Source: Syntrophaceae bacterium (GTDB lineage Bacteria > Desulfobacterota > Syntrophia > Syntrophales > UBA5619). Taken from it: a DNA stretch of 64,000 bases. Within the stretch, counting starts at the first letter, position 1; the number at the start of each line of letters is the position of its first letter. This document shows positions 1-9,665 of the stretch, in pieces. The position numbers and the translations under genes are program-made. The stretch is taken from the NCBI GenBank assembly GCA_003141195.1, contig PLLC01000106.1:2745-66744 (forward strand), read 5' to 3'. Under the pieces are notes generated by a model. The model was not told the DNA's origin. It ran no database searches and saw nothing but the letters and a program-made list of their open reading frames with translations.

Positions 1-258
1 CGGGGAGCCGAGGAGGATGCCGTCCGCCGCGCGCATCTTGTCGATGCAGTCGTTCACGATATCGCCGGTCACCGCGCAGTGGCCGTCGGCCTTCTCGAAA
101 CACTTGTAGCAGGCCCGACAGCCGGGAACGTCCTTCCCCGCAAGCGTGACGAGTTCCGTCTCGATGCCTTCTTTCCTGAGCTCATCCAGAACCACGTTCA
201 ACAGGATGGCCGTGTTCCCCTTTGCGCGGGCACTGCCGTTGAATGCGACGACTTTCAT
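1..258 (-). CDS. Flavodoxin-like / NADPH-dependent FMN reductase family protein (iron-sulfur flavoprotein-like); N-terminal part only, gene runs off the window
   Basis: Absent from the ORF track because it is truncated by the window edge. Reverse translation from ATG at 258: MKVVAFNGSARKGNTAILLNVVLDELRKEGIETELVTLAGKDVPGCRACYKCFEK...ADGILLGSP. AGGAGG at 265-270 (reverse strand), 6 nt before the ATG. Confidence 0.75.
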   Translation of the reverse strand, partial: MKVVAFNGSARAKGNTAILLNVVLDELRKEGIETELVTLAGKDVPGCRACYKCFEKADGHCAVTGDIVNDCIDKMRAADGILLGSP

Positions 259-288
259 GATCTGCCTCCTTGACACTCGTTCGTTGGC

Positions 289-313
289 GGGGACAGATTT
301 CAAATCTGTCCCC
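289..313. repeat. 25-nt perfect palindromic element GGGGACAGATTTCAAATCTGTCCCC (copy 1)
   Basis: Read directly. 12-bp arms around a single central base. Intergenic, between two minus-strand genes. Confidence 0.9.
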
Positions 314-501
314 ATTCTGCCCGTTCCATAAATGAATCTGGTACGCCGGAGGTTGTGAGAATAATGAAAATCTCTCCCTCTGTCAAGGTGGATGCGCTCG
401 AAAAAAAACGACTGCCGCTGTCACTCCTGCGCAAGCGGGAGCAAACAAGTTTTCCGGTTCATCCGGTTGATGCCGGACACGGAGGATTCCGGGGAAATGT
501 C

Positions 502-1563
502 TTACCGCCTGAAACCCCGCCTCAAAAGCGGCGGCATTACCAGCAGAATGCTGAACAGCCTGAAAAGCTGATAGGACAGAACGAAGGTTACATCGGCGCC
601 AAGCGCCAGGGCGACGATGCCCATCTCGGCCAGTCCCCCGGCCGCCGTGCCCAGAAAGGCGCTGAGCAGATTGGCGGGGGTGACGATCGTAAGACCGAAT
701 GCGACCAGATAGGTGAAGGCCACCAGCAGGACCGCGCCGCCGACGGCGTAGGGCAGCACCTTGCCGAGGCGCCTCAGGCTCTCCAGCGTGATGACGATCC
801 CCATGTAGATCCCGAAGAAGAGCTGCGCCGTGCGGATCAGGGGGCCGGGCGCCGGCGGGGCCGGACAGCCGGCGAGGACGGCGGCCGTCGTGGCGAAGAT
901 GGGGCCCAGCAGAAAGGGGATCGGCAGCTTCAGCAGGTAAGCCAGCCAGGCCCCCAGGGGCGCGGCCAGGATGGCCGGCAGAACGGCGAGGTTCCAGGGG
1001 ACCGCCGTTCCGGATAGCGGGAGCACCCCGCTGTGCGGGTGGGTCATCCCGTGGATGGCGGCGAAAGGGACGATGAAGACCACTGCCAAGACCCGGGTCA
1101 TCTGCATGAGGGTGACGACGGTCACATCCGCATCCCTGACCTCCTCGCTCAGGATGATCATCTGAGCCAGGCCGCCGGGCATGCTGCCCAGGACACCGCT
1201 CGCCAGGCTGATCCCCGTCCGCCTATGGGTGATGTAACCCGTCCCCAGACAGAACAGGACCGTTAGCAGCGTCGCCGCGGCCATCCCCGGCAGGTTGGCC
1301 AGGATCTGTTGGGTGGTCTCAAAGCTGACGGTCCTGCCCATCGAATAGCCGATGACGATCAGGCCGGCGTTCCGGAAGCGGACCGGCCAGCGGGCCCGCT
1401 GGCCGCTGAAGGCGTTGTAGAGCAGGGTGACCGTCAGCGGTCCGAGCATCCAGGGCAGGGGGATGCGCAGGAAATCAAAGAGTAGCCCCCCGGGGATTGC
1501 GACCAGGCCAGTGGTGAGAATCGGCCATGTTTTTAAGGGCGTTTCCTTCAAGATCGATCTCAT
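502..1563 (-). CDS. AbrB-duplication family membrane protein (COG3180-type; sometimes annotated putative ammonia monooxygenase)
   Basis: ORF 502..1653, trimmed to the ATG at 1563 (MRSILKETPLKTWPILTTGLVAIPGGLLFDFLRIPLPWMLGPL...). Polytopic hydrophobic protein with an internal duplication (GSMPGGLAQM / GTAAGGLAEM). Confidence 0.8.
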   Translation of the reverse strand: MRSILKETPLKTWPILTTGLVAIPGGLLFDFLRIPLPWMLGPLTVTLLYNAFSGQRARWPVRFRNAGLIVIGYSMGRTVSFETTQQILANLPGMAAATLLTVLFCLGTGYITHRRTGISLASGVLGSMPGGLAQMIILSEEVRDADVTVVTLMQMTRVLAVVFIVPFAAIHGMTHPHSGVLPLSGTAVPWNLAVLPAILAAPLGAWLAYLLKLPIPFLLGPIFATTAAVLAGCPAPPAPGPLIRTAQLFFGIYMGIVITLESLRRLGKVLPYAVGGAVLLVAFTYLVAFGLTIVTPANLLSAFLGTAAGGLAEMGIVALALGADVTFVLSYQLFRLFSILLVMPPLLRRGFRR

Positions 1564-1751
1564 TTCGTTTCCGTTCGGTTCCGTGTCGGATCTCATAGGT
1601 CCGCGGACGCCCGGCTGCATGCCGGGGGATCCACGAGCCACATGGTGCTCCATACACCATCTGCCTTCCCTGATGCGAGTAAAATCGCCCCGGCGCCGGT
1701 CGGAAAGTCGGACCTAAACTCCTCACCCACTCGCCCAACAGCGGGTAAAAA

Positions 1752-1784
1752 GGGGACAGATTTATTTTCTTGGATCTGCCCCCC
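1752..1784. repeat. Imperfect variant of the GGGGACAGAT...ATCTG(T)CCCC palindromic element (copy 2, enlarged loop)
   Basis: GGGGACAGATttattttcttggATCTGCCCC: same arms with one bulge and a 13-nt loop. Sits in a divergent intergenic region. Confidence 0.5.
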
Positions 1785-2087
1785 TTTTTATGTTGTCCCC
1801 TCGCTATTTTCAATTTTCCTTCTTCAGGATGTCATACGTTCCGATCCGGCGAAAGAGCACTCGTCCCGCCTCAATAGGAAATGATTGACGGGCAGCTTCG
1901 TCATAATTATGATATGTAAGTCCTAAAGGAATCGCCAAAGTGACCATCTGCGGCGACTGAATAAACGGATACCTGCTTGACATATTGTGGCACCATCGGC
2001 AAAACAGGCTGCAAAAGGAGAAAACAAACATCAACCTGTCGCGGCGGAAGAAGCCGGTCTACTCGACTTAAAAGACTGGAAGAACAC

Positions 2088-3206
2088 ATGACCAAACTAC
2101 CAGATTGGATCGAGAATCTCTTTAACCAGGCGGATATCCGCATCAACGGCAACCGCCCCTGGGATCTGCAATGCCACGATGAAGCCGCCTATGAGCACAT
2201 CGCCGGCGATGTTTCGTTAGGACTTGGAGAATCCTACATGGACGGCTTGTGGGACTGCGAGGCCCTGGACCAGTTCTTCGACCGGGTGCTTTCCGCCCAT
2301 CACGACAGGAAGGTCCGCCCCAGCCCCGCTATACTCGTCGGTGTGGCCAAGGCGAGGCTTCTCAACCGGCAGAGCAAGCAACGCTCGCTCGAGGTTGCCA
2401 AGGTCCACTACGACATCGGCAATGCATTCTACGAAGCCATGCTCGATCCCTACATGCAATACACGTGCGCTTACTGGAACGGGGCCGCCAAGGACCTTGC
2501 CTCCGCCCAGGAAGCCAAGCTCGACCTTATCTGCCGGAAACTGGCCCTCGCACCCGGCGAAAAGATCCTGGAGCTCGGATGCGGGTGGGGTGGTTTCGCG
2601 CGCTATGCGGCGGAACATTATGGCGTACAGGTGATTGCATACAACATTTCCATCGCGCAGGTCGAATGGGCCCGTGCCAAGTGCAAAGGCCTCCCCGTGG
2701 AATTCCGCCTCCAGGACTACCGGGAAGCCACGGGCACCTTCGACAAGGTAGCCGCGATTGGCCTGTGCGAGCATGTAGGCTACAAGAACTACCGGAGTTT
2801 CATCGAACTCGCCCACCGCCGCCTCAGGCCGGGGGGGATTTTCCTTCTGCATACCATCGGTAGAAACCGTTCCGTCCATCACCTGGATGCCTGGATGGAC
2901 CGCTACATATTCCCGGGCGGCATGCTTCCCTCGGCCGCACAGCTTGGTCAAGCCATGGATGACCTCTTTGTCCTGGAAGACTGGCACAGCTTCGGCACCG
3001 ACTATGACCGCACCCTGATGGCCTGGCATGCAAATTTCGAGAAATCGTGGCCACGCTTCTCCGCGGAATACGGCGAACGATTCTACCGCATGTGGCGGTA
3101 TTACCTCCTCTCGTGTGCGGGCGCCTTTCGCAGCCGGCAAATCCAGCTCTGGCAATTGGTGCTCTCGAAGGATGGAATCCGCGGCGGATGGAAAGGCGTC
3201 CGCTGA
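2088..3206 (+). CDS. cfa: Cyclopropane-fatty-acyl-phospholipid synthase family SAM-dependent methyltransferase
   Basis: ORF 1977..3206, trimmed to the ATG at 2088 (MTKLPDWIENLF...). Family motifs VAKVHYDIGNAFYEAMLDPYMQYTCAYW, SAM site ILELGCGWGG, GLCEHVGYKNY, YIFPGGMLPS, RMWRYYLLSCAGAFR. Confidence 0.9.
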   Translation: MTKLPDWIENLFNQADIRINGNRPWDLQCHDEAAYEHIAGDVSLGLGESYMDGLWDCEALDQFFDRVLSAHHDRKVRPSPAILVGVAKARLLNRQSKQRSLEVAKVHYDIGNAFYEAMLDPYMQYTCAYWNGAAKDLASAQEAKLDLICRKLALAPGEKILELGCGWGGFARYAAEHYGVQVIAYNISIAQVEWARAKCKGLPVEFRLQDYREATGTFDKVAAIGLCEHVGYKNYRSFIELAHRRLRPGGIFLLHTIGRNRSVHHLDAWMDRYIFPGGMLPSAAQLGQAMDDLFVLEDWHSFGTDYDRTLMAWHANFEKSWPRFSAEYGERFYRMWRYYLLSCAGAFRSRQIQLWQLVLSKDGIRGGWKGVR

Positions 3207-4600
3207 TGGACCGGAATCGCTCGGACCTCTTCGATAGCTGGGAATCCTATCGCAAGACCTGCCGGGAACTATCCCACGCCATGGCAAGCCGGACAGGCGC
3301 TCAGGTCCGCCTGGCGAAGAAAACCTCGAACCTGTTCCGTACGCGCAGGGAAGCCGCAGCCAAAAATCTCGACGTCCGACGCCTCCACAGGGTCATCGAA
3401 ATCGATCCGGAAAGCAGGATCGCCGAGGTGGAAGGGATGACCACCTTCGAGGACTTCGCCGACGCGACTCTCCTGAAAGGCCTGCGTCCACCCGTGGTTC
3501 CGGAGCTGAAGACCATCACCGTCGGTGGTGCGGTCTCCGGGCTTGGCATCGAAGCGTCATCGTTCCGGCATGGGCTCGCGCACGAGATGGTCGAAGAGAT
3601 GGATATACTCTGCGGCGATGGAACCATCCGCATCTGCCGTCCCGACAACGAGAACGCAGACCTCTTCCATGCCATCCCGAATTCCTACGGATCCCTCGGC
3701 TACATCCTTCGCCTGCGCGTGAAGCTCCTGCCTGCAAGTCCGTTTGTAAAGCTCACCCACCAGCGCTTCTTCGATCGCATATCATTCCTGTCTGCAATTG
3801 AAGCAGCCTGCGCACAGAGCCCTCATACACCGGACTTCGTCGAGGGGGTCGCCTTCACACCCGACGACTTTGTGCTCACCATGGCACGACTCAGCCATGA
3901 ACGTGGCCCGGTCAACGATTATAAAGGCCTGCAGATCTACTACCAATCCCTGCGGCATCGTACGGAGGATCTCCTGACCATGAGGGATTTCTTCTGGCGG
4001 TGGGATCCGGACTGGTTCTGGTGTTCCCGGAGTTTTGGCATGCAGAATCCCCTGCTGCGCCGTCTGCTTGGACACTGGATGCTGCGTTCCAGCTCCTACT
4101 GGAAGATCCAATCCCTGTACCGGAAATGGAAGGTTGCGGAACGAGGATATGCAATCCGTAAAGCCCTGCATTTGCCCATCGAACTGTTCGAACCGGTGAT
4201 CCAGGATGTCGAGATCCCCATTGAGAAGTCTCTGGAATTCCTCGAGTTCTATTTTCGCGAGATTGACATCCGGCCTTGCTGGATCTGCCCGATGCGCCCC
4301 CTTGAGGCAGCCAGGAACTGGACGCTCTACGCCATGGAACCAGGGGCACTCTACCTGAACTTCGGGTTCTGGGGAAGTGTCCGAACCTCTTCAGACAAGG
4401 CCGACGGACATTTCAACCGCCGCATAGAACGTATCGTGCAGGAGCTCGGTGGCCGCAAGTCGCTCTATTCGACCTCCTTTTTCCCCGAAGACGAATTCTG
4501 GCGCATATACAACGGTGATGCCTACCATAAGCTCAAGTTGAAATTCGATCCACAGGGCGCCTTCCGCAACCTGTATCAGAAGACGGTTCTTGGGCATTGA
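3206..4600 (+). CDS. FAD-binding (PCMH/FAD_binding_4-type, DWF1/DHCR24-like) oxidoreductase
   Basis: ORF 3047..4600. The ATG at 3206 overlaps the cfa stop (TGATG, 3204-3208); an alternative ATG lies at 3188. Motifs: RVIEIDPESRIAEVEGMTTFEDFADATL, TITVGGAVSGLGIEASSFRHGL, ADLFHAIPNSYGSLGYILRLRVKL. Confidence 0.85.
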   Translation: MDRNRSDLFDSWESYRKTCRELSHAMASRTGAQVRLAKKTSNLFRTRREAAAKNLDVRRLHRVIEIDPESRIAEVEGMTTFEDFADATLLKGLRPPVVPELKTITVGGAVSGLGIEASSFRHGLAHEMVEEMDILCGDGTIRICRPDNENADLFHAIPNSYGSLGYILRLRVKLLPASPFVKLTHQRFFDRISFLSAIEAACAQSPHTPDFVEGVAFTPDDFVLTMARLSHERGPVNDYKGLQIYYQSLRHRTEDLLTMRDFFWRWDPDWFWCSRSFGMQNPLLRRLLGHWMLRSSSYWKIQSLYRKWKVAERGYAIRKALHLPIELFEPVIQDVEIPIEKSLEFLEFYFREIDIRPCWICPMRPLEAARNWTLYAMEPGALYLNFGFWGSVRTSSDKADGHFNRRIERIVQELGGRKSLYSTSFFPEDEFWRIYNGDAYHKLKLKFDPQGAFRNLYQKTVLGH

Positions 4601-4624
4601 CAGGCTGCGAACGGACGAAGCTGA

Positions 4625-4925
4625 CACCGGTGGTGGTTCTCCTTTCTTCCAGGGAAGACCGGGATCGAATTGAAAGCACAGGCGGCTATCCAATCCGGTA
4701 TTGCCGCGGCAAAAAACATCTTCCGACAAATCGATGGAAAACCGCTGCAGCCCTTTCGTTATCTTGATCGGAGATCGATGATCGCCATTGGCCGCAATGC
4801 CGCAGGGGCGGCCATCGGTTGAATTCAGGGACCTTTCCACGAGGTTTCTCTGGCCTCTCTCCGGGATAAAGTCGTCTGCTCGACCGAGACGCGGCTGCTG
4901 AAGCGCGGGGCTGCGCAAGTTTCGT
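4625..4925 (+). pseudogene. Remnant of the C-terminus of a type II NADH dehydrogenase (NDH-2 / pyridine nucleotide-disulfide oxidoreductase)
   Basis: One frame reads ...LPGKTGIELKAQAAIQSGIAAAKNIFRQIDGKPLQPFRYLDRRSMIAIGRNAAGAAIG*. This matches the conserved NDH-2 tail (AQvAiQqG...GkPl.PFrY.d.GsmatIGr.aAv). The next frame continues EFRDLSTRFLWPL (compare lrfsGflAWl). No N-terminal ~350 aa; stop and frameshift present. Confidence 0.55.
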
Positions 4926-4956
4926 GATTACCGATTTCGGTATGATATTGCCTGCC

Positions 4957-7900
4957 TCAATGGTTTTTTAAGCAGTTGTAATTGGTCGCCATCATATATT
5001 GATGGAAGCGATCTGCTCTGAGAAGAAAGGTTTCTAGCTTGGCGTTGATCAGCTGCGGGAAAGGTGAACCGTCGCTCTCTATGGCTAAAAACGGCAAATC
5101 GTCAATGTCGGTCAGAACTTCCTGCAGCTTTTGGTTTGTTGGATCGGTCGCCAGTTTCTTTCCTGCCGTCATAATTTCACCGAGAATGGCCTCCGAAATG
5201 CGATTCGGCATACAACCGAATGGCCCGATGGCGATGACCCCGCAGGAGTGAGTGACGACCTCTGAGAGGGCGCCGCCTACCGTGAGGATGGCCTCGCCGG
5301 GAAGGGCGAGCGAAATATACGGACTGGCATTTTTGATGATGCCGGCGATATCAAGCGCTTCGGCATGAACAAGCCCGGACTTGGAGAGTATCGACTTTAT
5401 CCGTTTCTCGTAATGTCTCTGGAAGAGATTTCGGATCTTGAGCTTGAATTTCTGAGCAATCGTCAAATGATCCAGATTGAACCCCCGATCCGTAAGGTAA
5501 TGGCAATAGTAAACCCACTCGGACACTGGTGCACAGACGGTGGCAAATCCTTTCTCGGCGAGGTATTCCGTCAGATACTGGCGGGAGAGGGCATCTCGGC
5601 GAACAAATATTTCACCGGTCAGCGTGATCACGGCCACACTGTGCACTGAACGCTTCAGCGGTATGGCGCTCAGGCGGTCGGCGCACTCGGACAGCTGTGC
5701 TGTCAGAATATCAAAGTTTCCCTTCTCCAGGGCCAGAAGAATCTTCCGCCATTCATCAGAGTAGATGGCCCCGGCGGCAATGGGATCGACGCTGTTTGCA
5801 AGAAGCATCGAACGGATGTCCTCCATGACATCGGAAACAACCACCGCCCACCAGGCATGACGTTCGAAATGCTTGTCCATGCCCGAATAGGAATTATCCG
5901 AGGACAGCGAAAGCAGCGCCACATCAGGTATTCCCAGTCTCCGGATCAAGTCCTCCATGTAAACTGCGTACTGGCCGAAGCGGCAGGGACCGGCGCCGGT
6001 CGGCATGAAGTAAACCAGAATCTCGCCCTTACGTCTGCCGTTGTTGATGTAGCTCAACAGGGTTCCGGTGGTCAGGATCAACGGCAAGCATTCCTTGCAG
6101 GAGGTGTTTGCCCGACCGAGCTTGAGGATGGCTTTGTCGTTTTCTCGCAGAGCCCTGGCATTACACCCGCACCCCCTTAAAGTCGCGGCAAACGCCTCTG
6201 TTCCGAACTTTCCCATCGAAGGGATGAGTATTTCCACCCGCGGGTCGGTCAGGGCCAATGTCTTTCCCGACGACGTGACGACTCTGGTCGAGCCGTTTTC
6301 GAGAATCACCCGGGCGGGGTTGAACGTGCGCTGTCGCGGTGAGATCAGCCGCCTTGCCATCAGTTGACGGTAGCTCCGGACGATATCAAGAAAAGCCTCC
6401 ACCCTGGTCTCGATGCCGGCATCGGCGGTGTGGCTGTCAAGCTCCAAGGTAAGGGAGGGCTTACGTCCCATGATATCGCGAAAGTAGCTGATGATAAAAG
6501 AATCCGGTCCGCAGGAAAAATTGGTGATATAGGCGCCAAAGAGCTGAGGGTGCTTTTCCACAAAACATGCAGCCTTAAGTATAAGATCTCCCATGCCCCA
6601 GTACATGTGTCTTTTTGAGCGCTCCTGTTCCAGATCGAGGAAATCGATGGGAATCACGGGAATTCCCCGGGTGGCGAATTTGTGAGGGATGCCCATGTGA
6701 GCTTCCCCGGTAAATCCGTTGTACGGTCGTGCGAAGATGACAACCCCAAATTTATCCGGATCCGATTCGAGCTCAGAGAGCATTCGCCTGCCTGTTTCTT
6801 TCATATTTAAGAAACAGTCTCGCTGCTTCTGCAGGGCAACGGCGAAGGCCTCTCGCGCCGCCCGGCGGCCGACTCCCATATGGCGCGCTGTTCCTATTAA
6901 AGGTTCTTCAGCGCTCTCAATCCCGCCGGATAAGTCTAAGAGCGGCGTTAAGAGTCGGGCGCCTCCTCCGATGAGTTGACCGAGTTTTCCGCTAAAGGCG
7001 GTCTGAAGGTAGAAAGTCTCCCCCTGCACCAGGGGGCATACCTGGGACTGGGAACTGCTGCCTTCATTCTGGCCTGGGATGGCTTTGAAGTGGGGCAGAA
7101 ACAGAAAATCCGGGGGATTTTCACTCTCAAGGAGCGAACAGATGAACCCGTGAGCCAGTTCTACCGGGTAACAGAAAGGCGCGCCGCACTGATCAATGCC
7201 TTCCTGACTGGGGTGATCGGGCAGAACGACGTCAAAACCCAGTTCGTTGAAAAAATTGGAGTATAGCGGATAATAGGTGTTGACGAGAAAGCTGCGGTTG
7301 AGCCCCACCCGGCCTTTATAGGATCGAACTTTCTCCTTATCCGGCGGTGCGCCATATGTTTGAAAGATAAGCTTCTGGCGGATCCGCACCAGATCGAGTC
7401 TCTCCGTGTCGTAGTGCACGTTCCGGCGGATGTTGTAATAGCGATTGCAGGCGCCTCCGAACGGGTATTTTTGTCCCTCCACCTGGATGACGGCGATCGG
7501 GCACCGCCGATCGCACTTTTCCTTCCCGCCCCGGCAGGTGAATGTCTTTCCGTAAGCGACCTCCCGTCGGGCAAGGGTTTCGAGATCGAAGGGCTTCGCC
7601 GCCATGAGACCCTCTTCAATCCGTTTCTGGACTTCCAGGGCGACGCCGAACGCGCCCATCAACCCGGGTTCCGGCGGGACGATGATCGGTTTGCCGATCA
7701 ACGCCCCCATCGCCAGCGGTACCGCGCTGTTATAGCATACTCCGCCTTGCATGAAGATTTTTTCCCCGACCGGCCGGTTGCCTTTGACGCGGTTGGAGTA
7801 GTTCATGCAGATCGAGTATACCAGTCCGGAAGCGATGTCCTCGCGGGCCACCCCTTCGTGGATCGCGTTCTTGATATCCGAGCCGATAAAAGCAGCGCAC

Positions 7901-9336
7901 TGGTCGTTGAAGTTGGGCGGACGCTTCCCTCGGAAGGCCGTCTCAGCAATATCATCCATTTTCAACCCCAACGTCTCGTGGGCCGATTCTTCCAGGAATG
8001 AGCCGGTGCCCGCCGAACACGCTTCGTTCATGGCGTAGTCGGAGGGGACAGAATTGATGATATAGGTGTATTTGGCGTCCTGGCCGCCGATTTCAAAAAT
8101 GGTGTCCACCTGGGGATCAAAATAGACGGCGGCCGTGGCGTGGGCAACGATCTCGTTGATGACCCCTTCCGTGAGGGCGTGCAGCCCCGCAATCTGCCTG
8201 CCCGAGCCGCAGACGCCCAAGCCTTCGATGCGGATCGCTTGCGGATCGACCTTCTGCCGGACCTGCTCGAAAAGCGAGCGATAGCATTGGCGGGAGGCGC
8301 CCACCGGATCTCCGTTAGTGCGCAAATATACGGAAACCAAAAGGGCATGGTCCGATCGGCGCACGAGCACGGCTTTTGTGGTGGTGGAGCCGACATCGAG
8401 ACCCAGAACGCAGGCATCCCCAGGCCGGATGGTATCCCGTTCCATCGTTTTGAACTCAACCTGGCCGGCGAAATCAGTCAGTGGCGGCAGGCTGTCGAAG
8501 GAGGTTGCTCTCGTGACAAAGAGCTCGGCAAACCCTGGAAAACGAGCGGTTTCATGGGACAGACCCCATAGGGCAGCCCCCAGGGCTTCCAGATAGGATG
8601 CCGTCTCCGGCACGACCAGGCCGGGGATCTCCTGGCGGAGGTATTCGATCATCATGCGGTTCTGGGCCGCACCGCCGATGATCATGATGTTGCGCCGCTC
8701 CACCTTTTTCAACAGCTCCAGGATCTTGTCGGCCATCATTTTACACAGGCCGGCGGTCACCTGCGGCTTGGGAATACCCTTGTTGGTGGCATGGGTGCAG
8801 TCCGACTTGCAAAACACCGAGCAGCGGCCCGACACGTGATATGGTGTCTCCACTCCCGCCCATTGCGCAGCCTCCTCCAAGCTCACATTCATGCGGCGCA
8901 ACTGCTGCAAAAAAAACTCGCCGGTCCCGGAGGCGCACTTGTTGCCGGTGACCACGTTTGTGATGCGTCCCGACCGATTCAGCACATACACCATGAAAGT
9001 TTCGCCGCCGGCTGATACGATGGCTGGGCAGTCGATATCGGGTGGCTTAACGAAGGCGTAGGCACACTCCACCGCCTCCGGTTCCGGGATGGACGTTAAA
9101 TTGACGAACCGTCGGAACTTGCGGCCGGTGGCGGTAATCCGATCGAAGAACTGTATATCCACGCCTTTGAGAGCCTGAACCAGGCAGCGTTTGGGATCGC
9201 CCTCATGAGCCTGAAGGGAATGGGCGCTAATGTGTGGTGAAAGCACCCGATTGTCTTCCAGTTCCTGCTCCACTTGAACGAGAGAAATAGTCGATGCCCC
9301 TAAGCACAGACCAAGCGACTTCAGTTTGACGGCCAT
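4957..9336 (-). CDS. Acyl-CoA dehydratase activase-related fusion protein (two BadF/BadG/BcrA/BcrD-type ATPase modules plus a DUF2229/HgdB-like C-terminal region)
   Basis: ORF 4957..9345 (GTG); first ATG at 9336. Module 1: LGLCLGASTISLV...GNKCASGTGEFF...GRCSVFCKSD. Module 2: LGLDVGSTTTKAVLV...EIGGQDAKY...NEACSAGTGSFLEE...NDQCAAFIGSD. Then a Cys-rich linker (TCRGGKEKCDRRCPI...GGACNRYYN) and a long dehydratase-subunit-like tail. Confidence 0.85.
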   Translation of the reverse strand: MAVKLKSLGLCLGASTISLVQVEQELEDNRVLSPHISAHSLQAHEGDPKRCLVQALKGVDIQFFDRITATGRKFRRFVNLTSIPEPEAVECAYAFVKPPDIDCPAIVSAGGETFMVYVLNRSGRITNVVTGNKCASGTGEFFLQQLRRMNVSLEEAAQWAGVETPYHVSGRCSVFCKSDCTHATNKGIPKPQVTAGLCKMMADKILELLKKVERRNIMIIGGAAQNRMMIEYLRQEIPGLVVPETASYLEALGAALWGLSHETARFPGFAELFVTRATSFDSLPPLTDFAGQVEFKTMERDTIRPGDACVLGLDVGSTTTKAVLVRRSDHALLVSVYLRTNGDPVGASRQCYRSLFEQVRQKVDPQAIRIEGLGVCGSGRQIAGLHALTEGVINEIVAHATAAVYFDPQVDTIFEIGGQDAKYTYIINSVPSDYAMNEACSAGTGSFLEESAHETLGLKMDDIAETAFRGKRPPNFNDQCAAFIGSDIKNAIHEGVAREDIASGLVYSICMNYSNRVKGNRPVGEKIFMQGGVCYNSAVPLAMGALIGKPIIVPPEPGLMGAFGVALEVQKRIEEGLMAAKPFDLETLARREVAYGKTFTCRGGKEKCDRRCPIAVIQVEGQKYPFGGACNRYYNIRRNVHYDTERLDLVRIRQKLIFQTYGAPPDKEKVRSYKGRVGLNRSFLVNTYYPLYSNFFNELGFDVVLPDHPSQEGIDQCGAPFCYPVELAHGFICSLLESENPPDFLFLPHFKAIPGQNEGSSSQSQVCPLVQGETFYLQTAFSGKLGQLIGGGARLLTPLLDLSGGIESAEEPLIGTARHMGVGRRAAREAFAVALQKQRDCFLNMKETGRRMLSELESDPDKFGVVIFARPYNGFTGEAHMGIPHKFATRGIPVIPIDFLDLEQERSKRHMYWGMGDLILKAACFVEKHPQLFGAYITNFSCGPDSFIISYFRDIMGRKPSLTLELDSHTADAGIETRVEAFLDIVRSYRQLMARRLISPRQRTFNPARVILENGSTRVVTSSGKTLALTDPRVEILIPSMGKFGTEAFAATLRGCGCNARALRENDKAILKLGRANTSCKECLPLILTTGTLLSYINNGRRKGEILVYFMPTGAGPCRFGQYAVYMEDLIRRLGIPDVALLSLSSDNSYSGMDKHFERHAWWAVVVSDVMEDIRSMLLANSVDPIAAGAIYSDEWRKILLALEKGNFDILTAQLSECADRLSAIPLKRSVHSVAVITLTGEIFVRRDALSRQYLTEYLAEKGFATVCAPVSEWVYYCHYLTDRGFNLDHLTIAQKFKLKIRNLFQRHYEKRIKSILSKSGLVHAEALDIAGIIKNASPYISLALPGEAILTVGGALSEVVTHSCGVIAIGPFGCMPNRISEAILGEIMTAGKKLATDPTNQKLQEVLTDIDDLPFLAIESDGSPFPQLINAKLETFLLRADRFHQYMMATNYNCLKNH

Positions 9337-9665
9337 GGATAACACCTTTTGCCAGAGCGGGCACTTAAAAAACTGTCTTAGATAAATTCTATCAGAAATT
9401 TGTTCCTTACGGGAAGTTTTATTGTCTCGGCAACTAATGAGATTTTTGGTTGGTAATCGTTACACGCAGGCGAGATCAAGGGCGTAAACCCTCTTCCCGA
9501 ATTCGTTAATTGACAGATTGTGATAAGTATTGCTAAAAGAGCGCATGATTACAACCTGAAAGTGATGCTGCTTGCTATCGGGCTTTGATCTCATCCTTTT
9601 TCACGAAGTACGCATCAACCGGATGAACCAGTTTTTTGAACCACCCGAAGAAAGGAGACCGGAAC

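Noticed and set aside
1810-2034. 74-aa minus-strand ORF ending ...GRVLFRRIGTYDILKKEN, reminiscent of RelE/HigB/YafQ-type toxin C-termini, in an AT-rich patch
   Set aside because: The resemblance is limited to ~12 residues. The rest of the ORF has no toxin-like features and there is no adjacent antitoxin ORF. This is insufficient to call.
4391-4918. 175-aa minus-strand ORF between the FAD oxidoreductase and the activase gene
   Set aside because: It overlaps the 3' end of the FAD oxidoreductase gene and is antisense to the clearly NDH-2-like plus-strand remnant. It has no motifs of its own.
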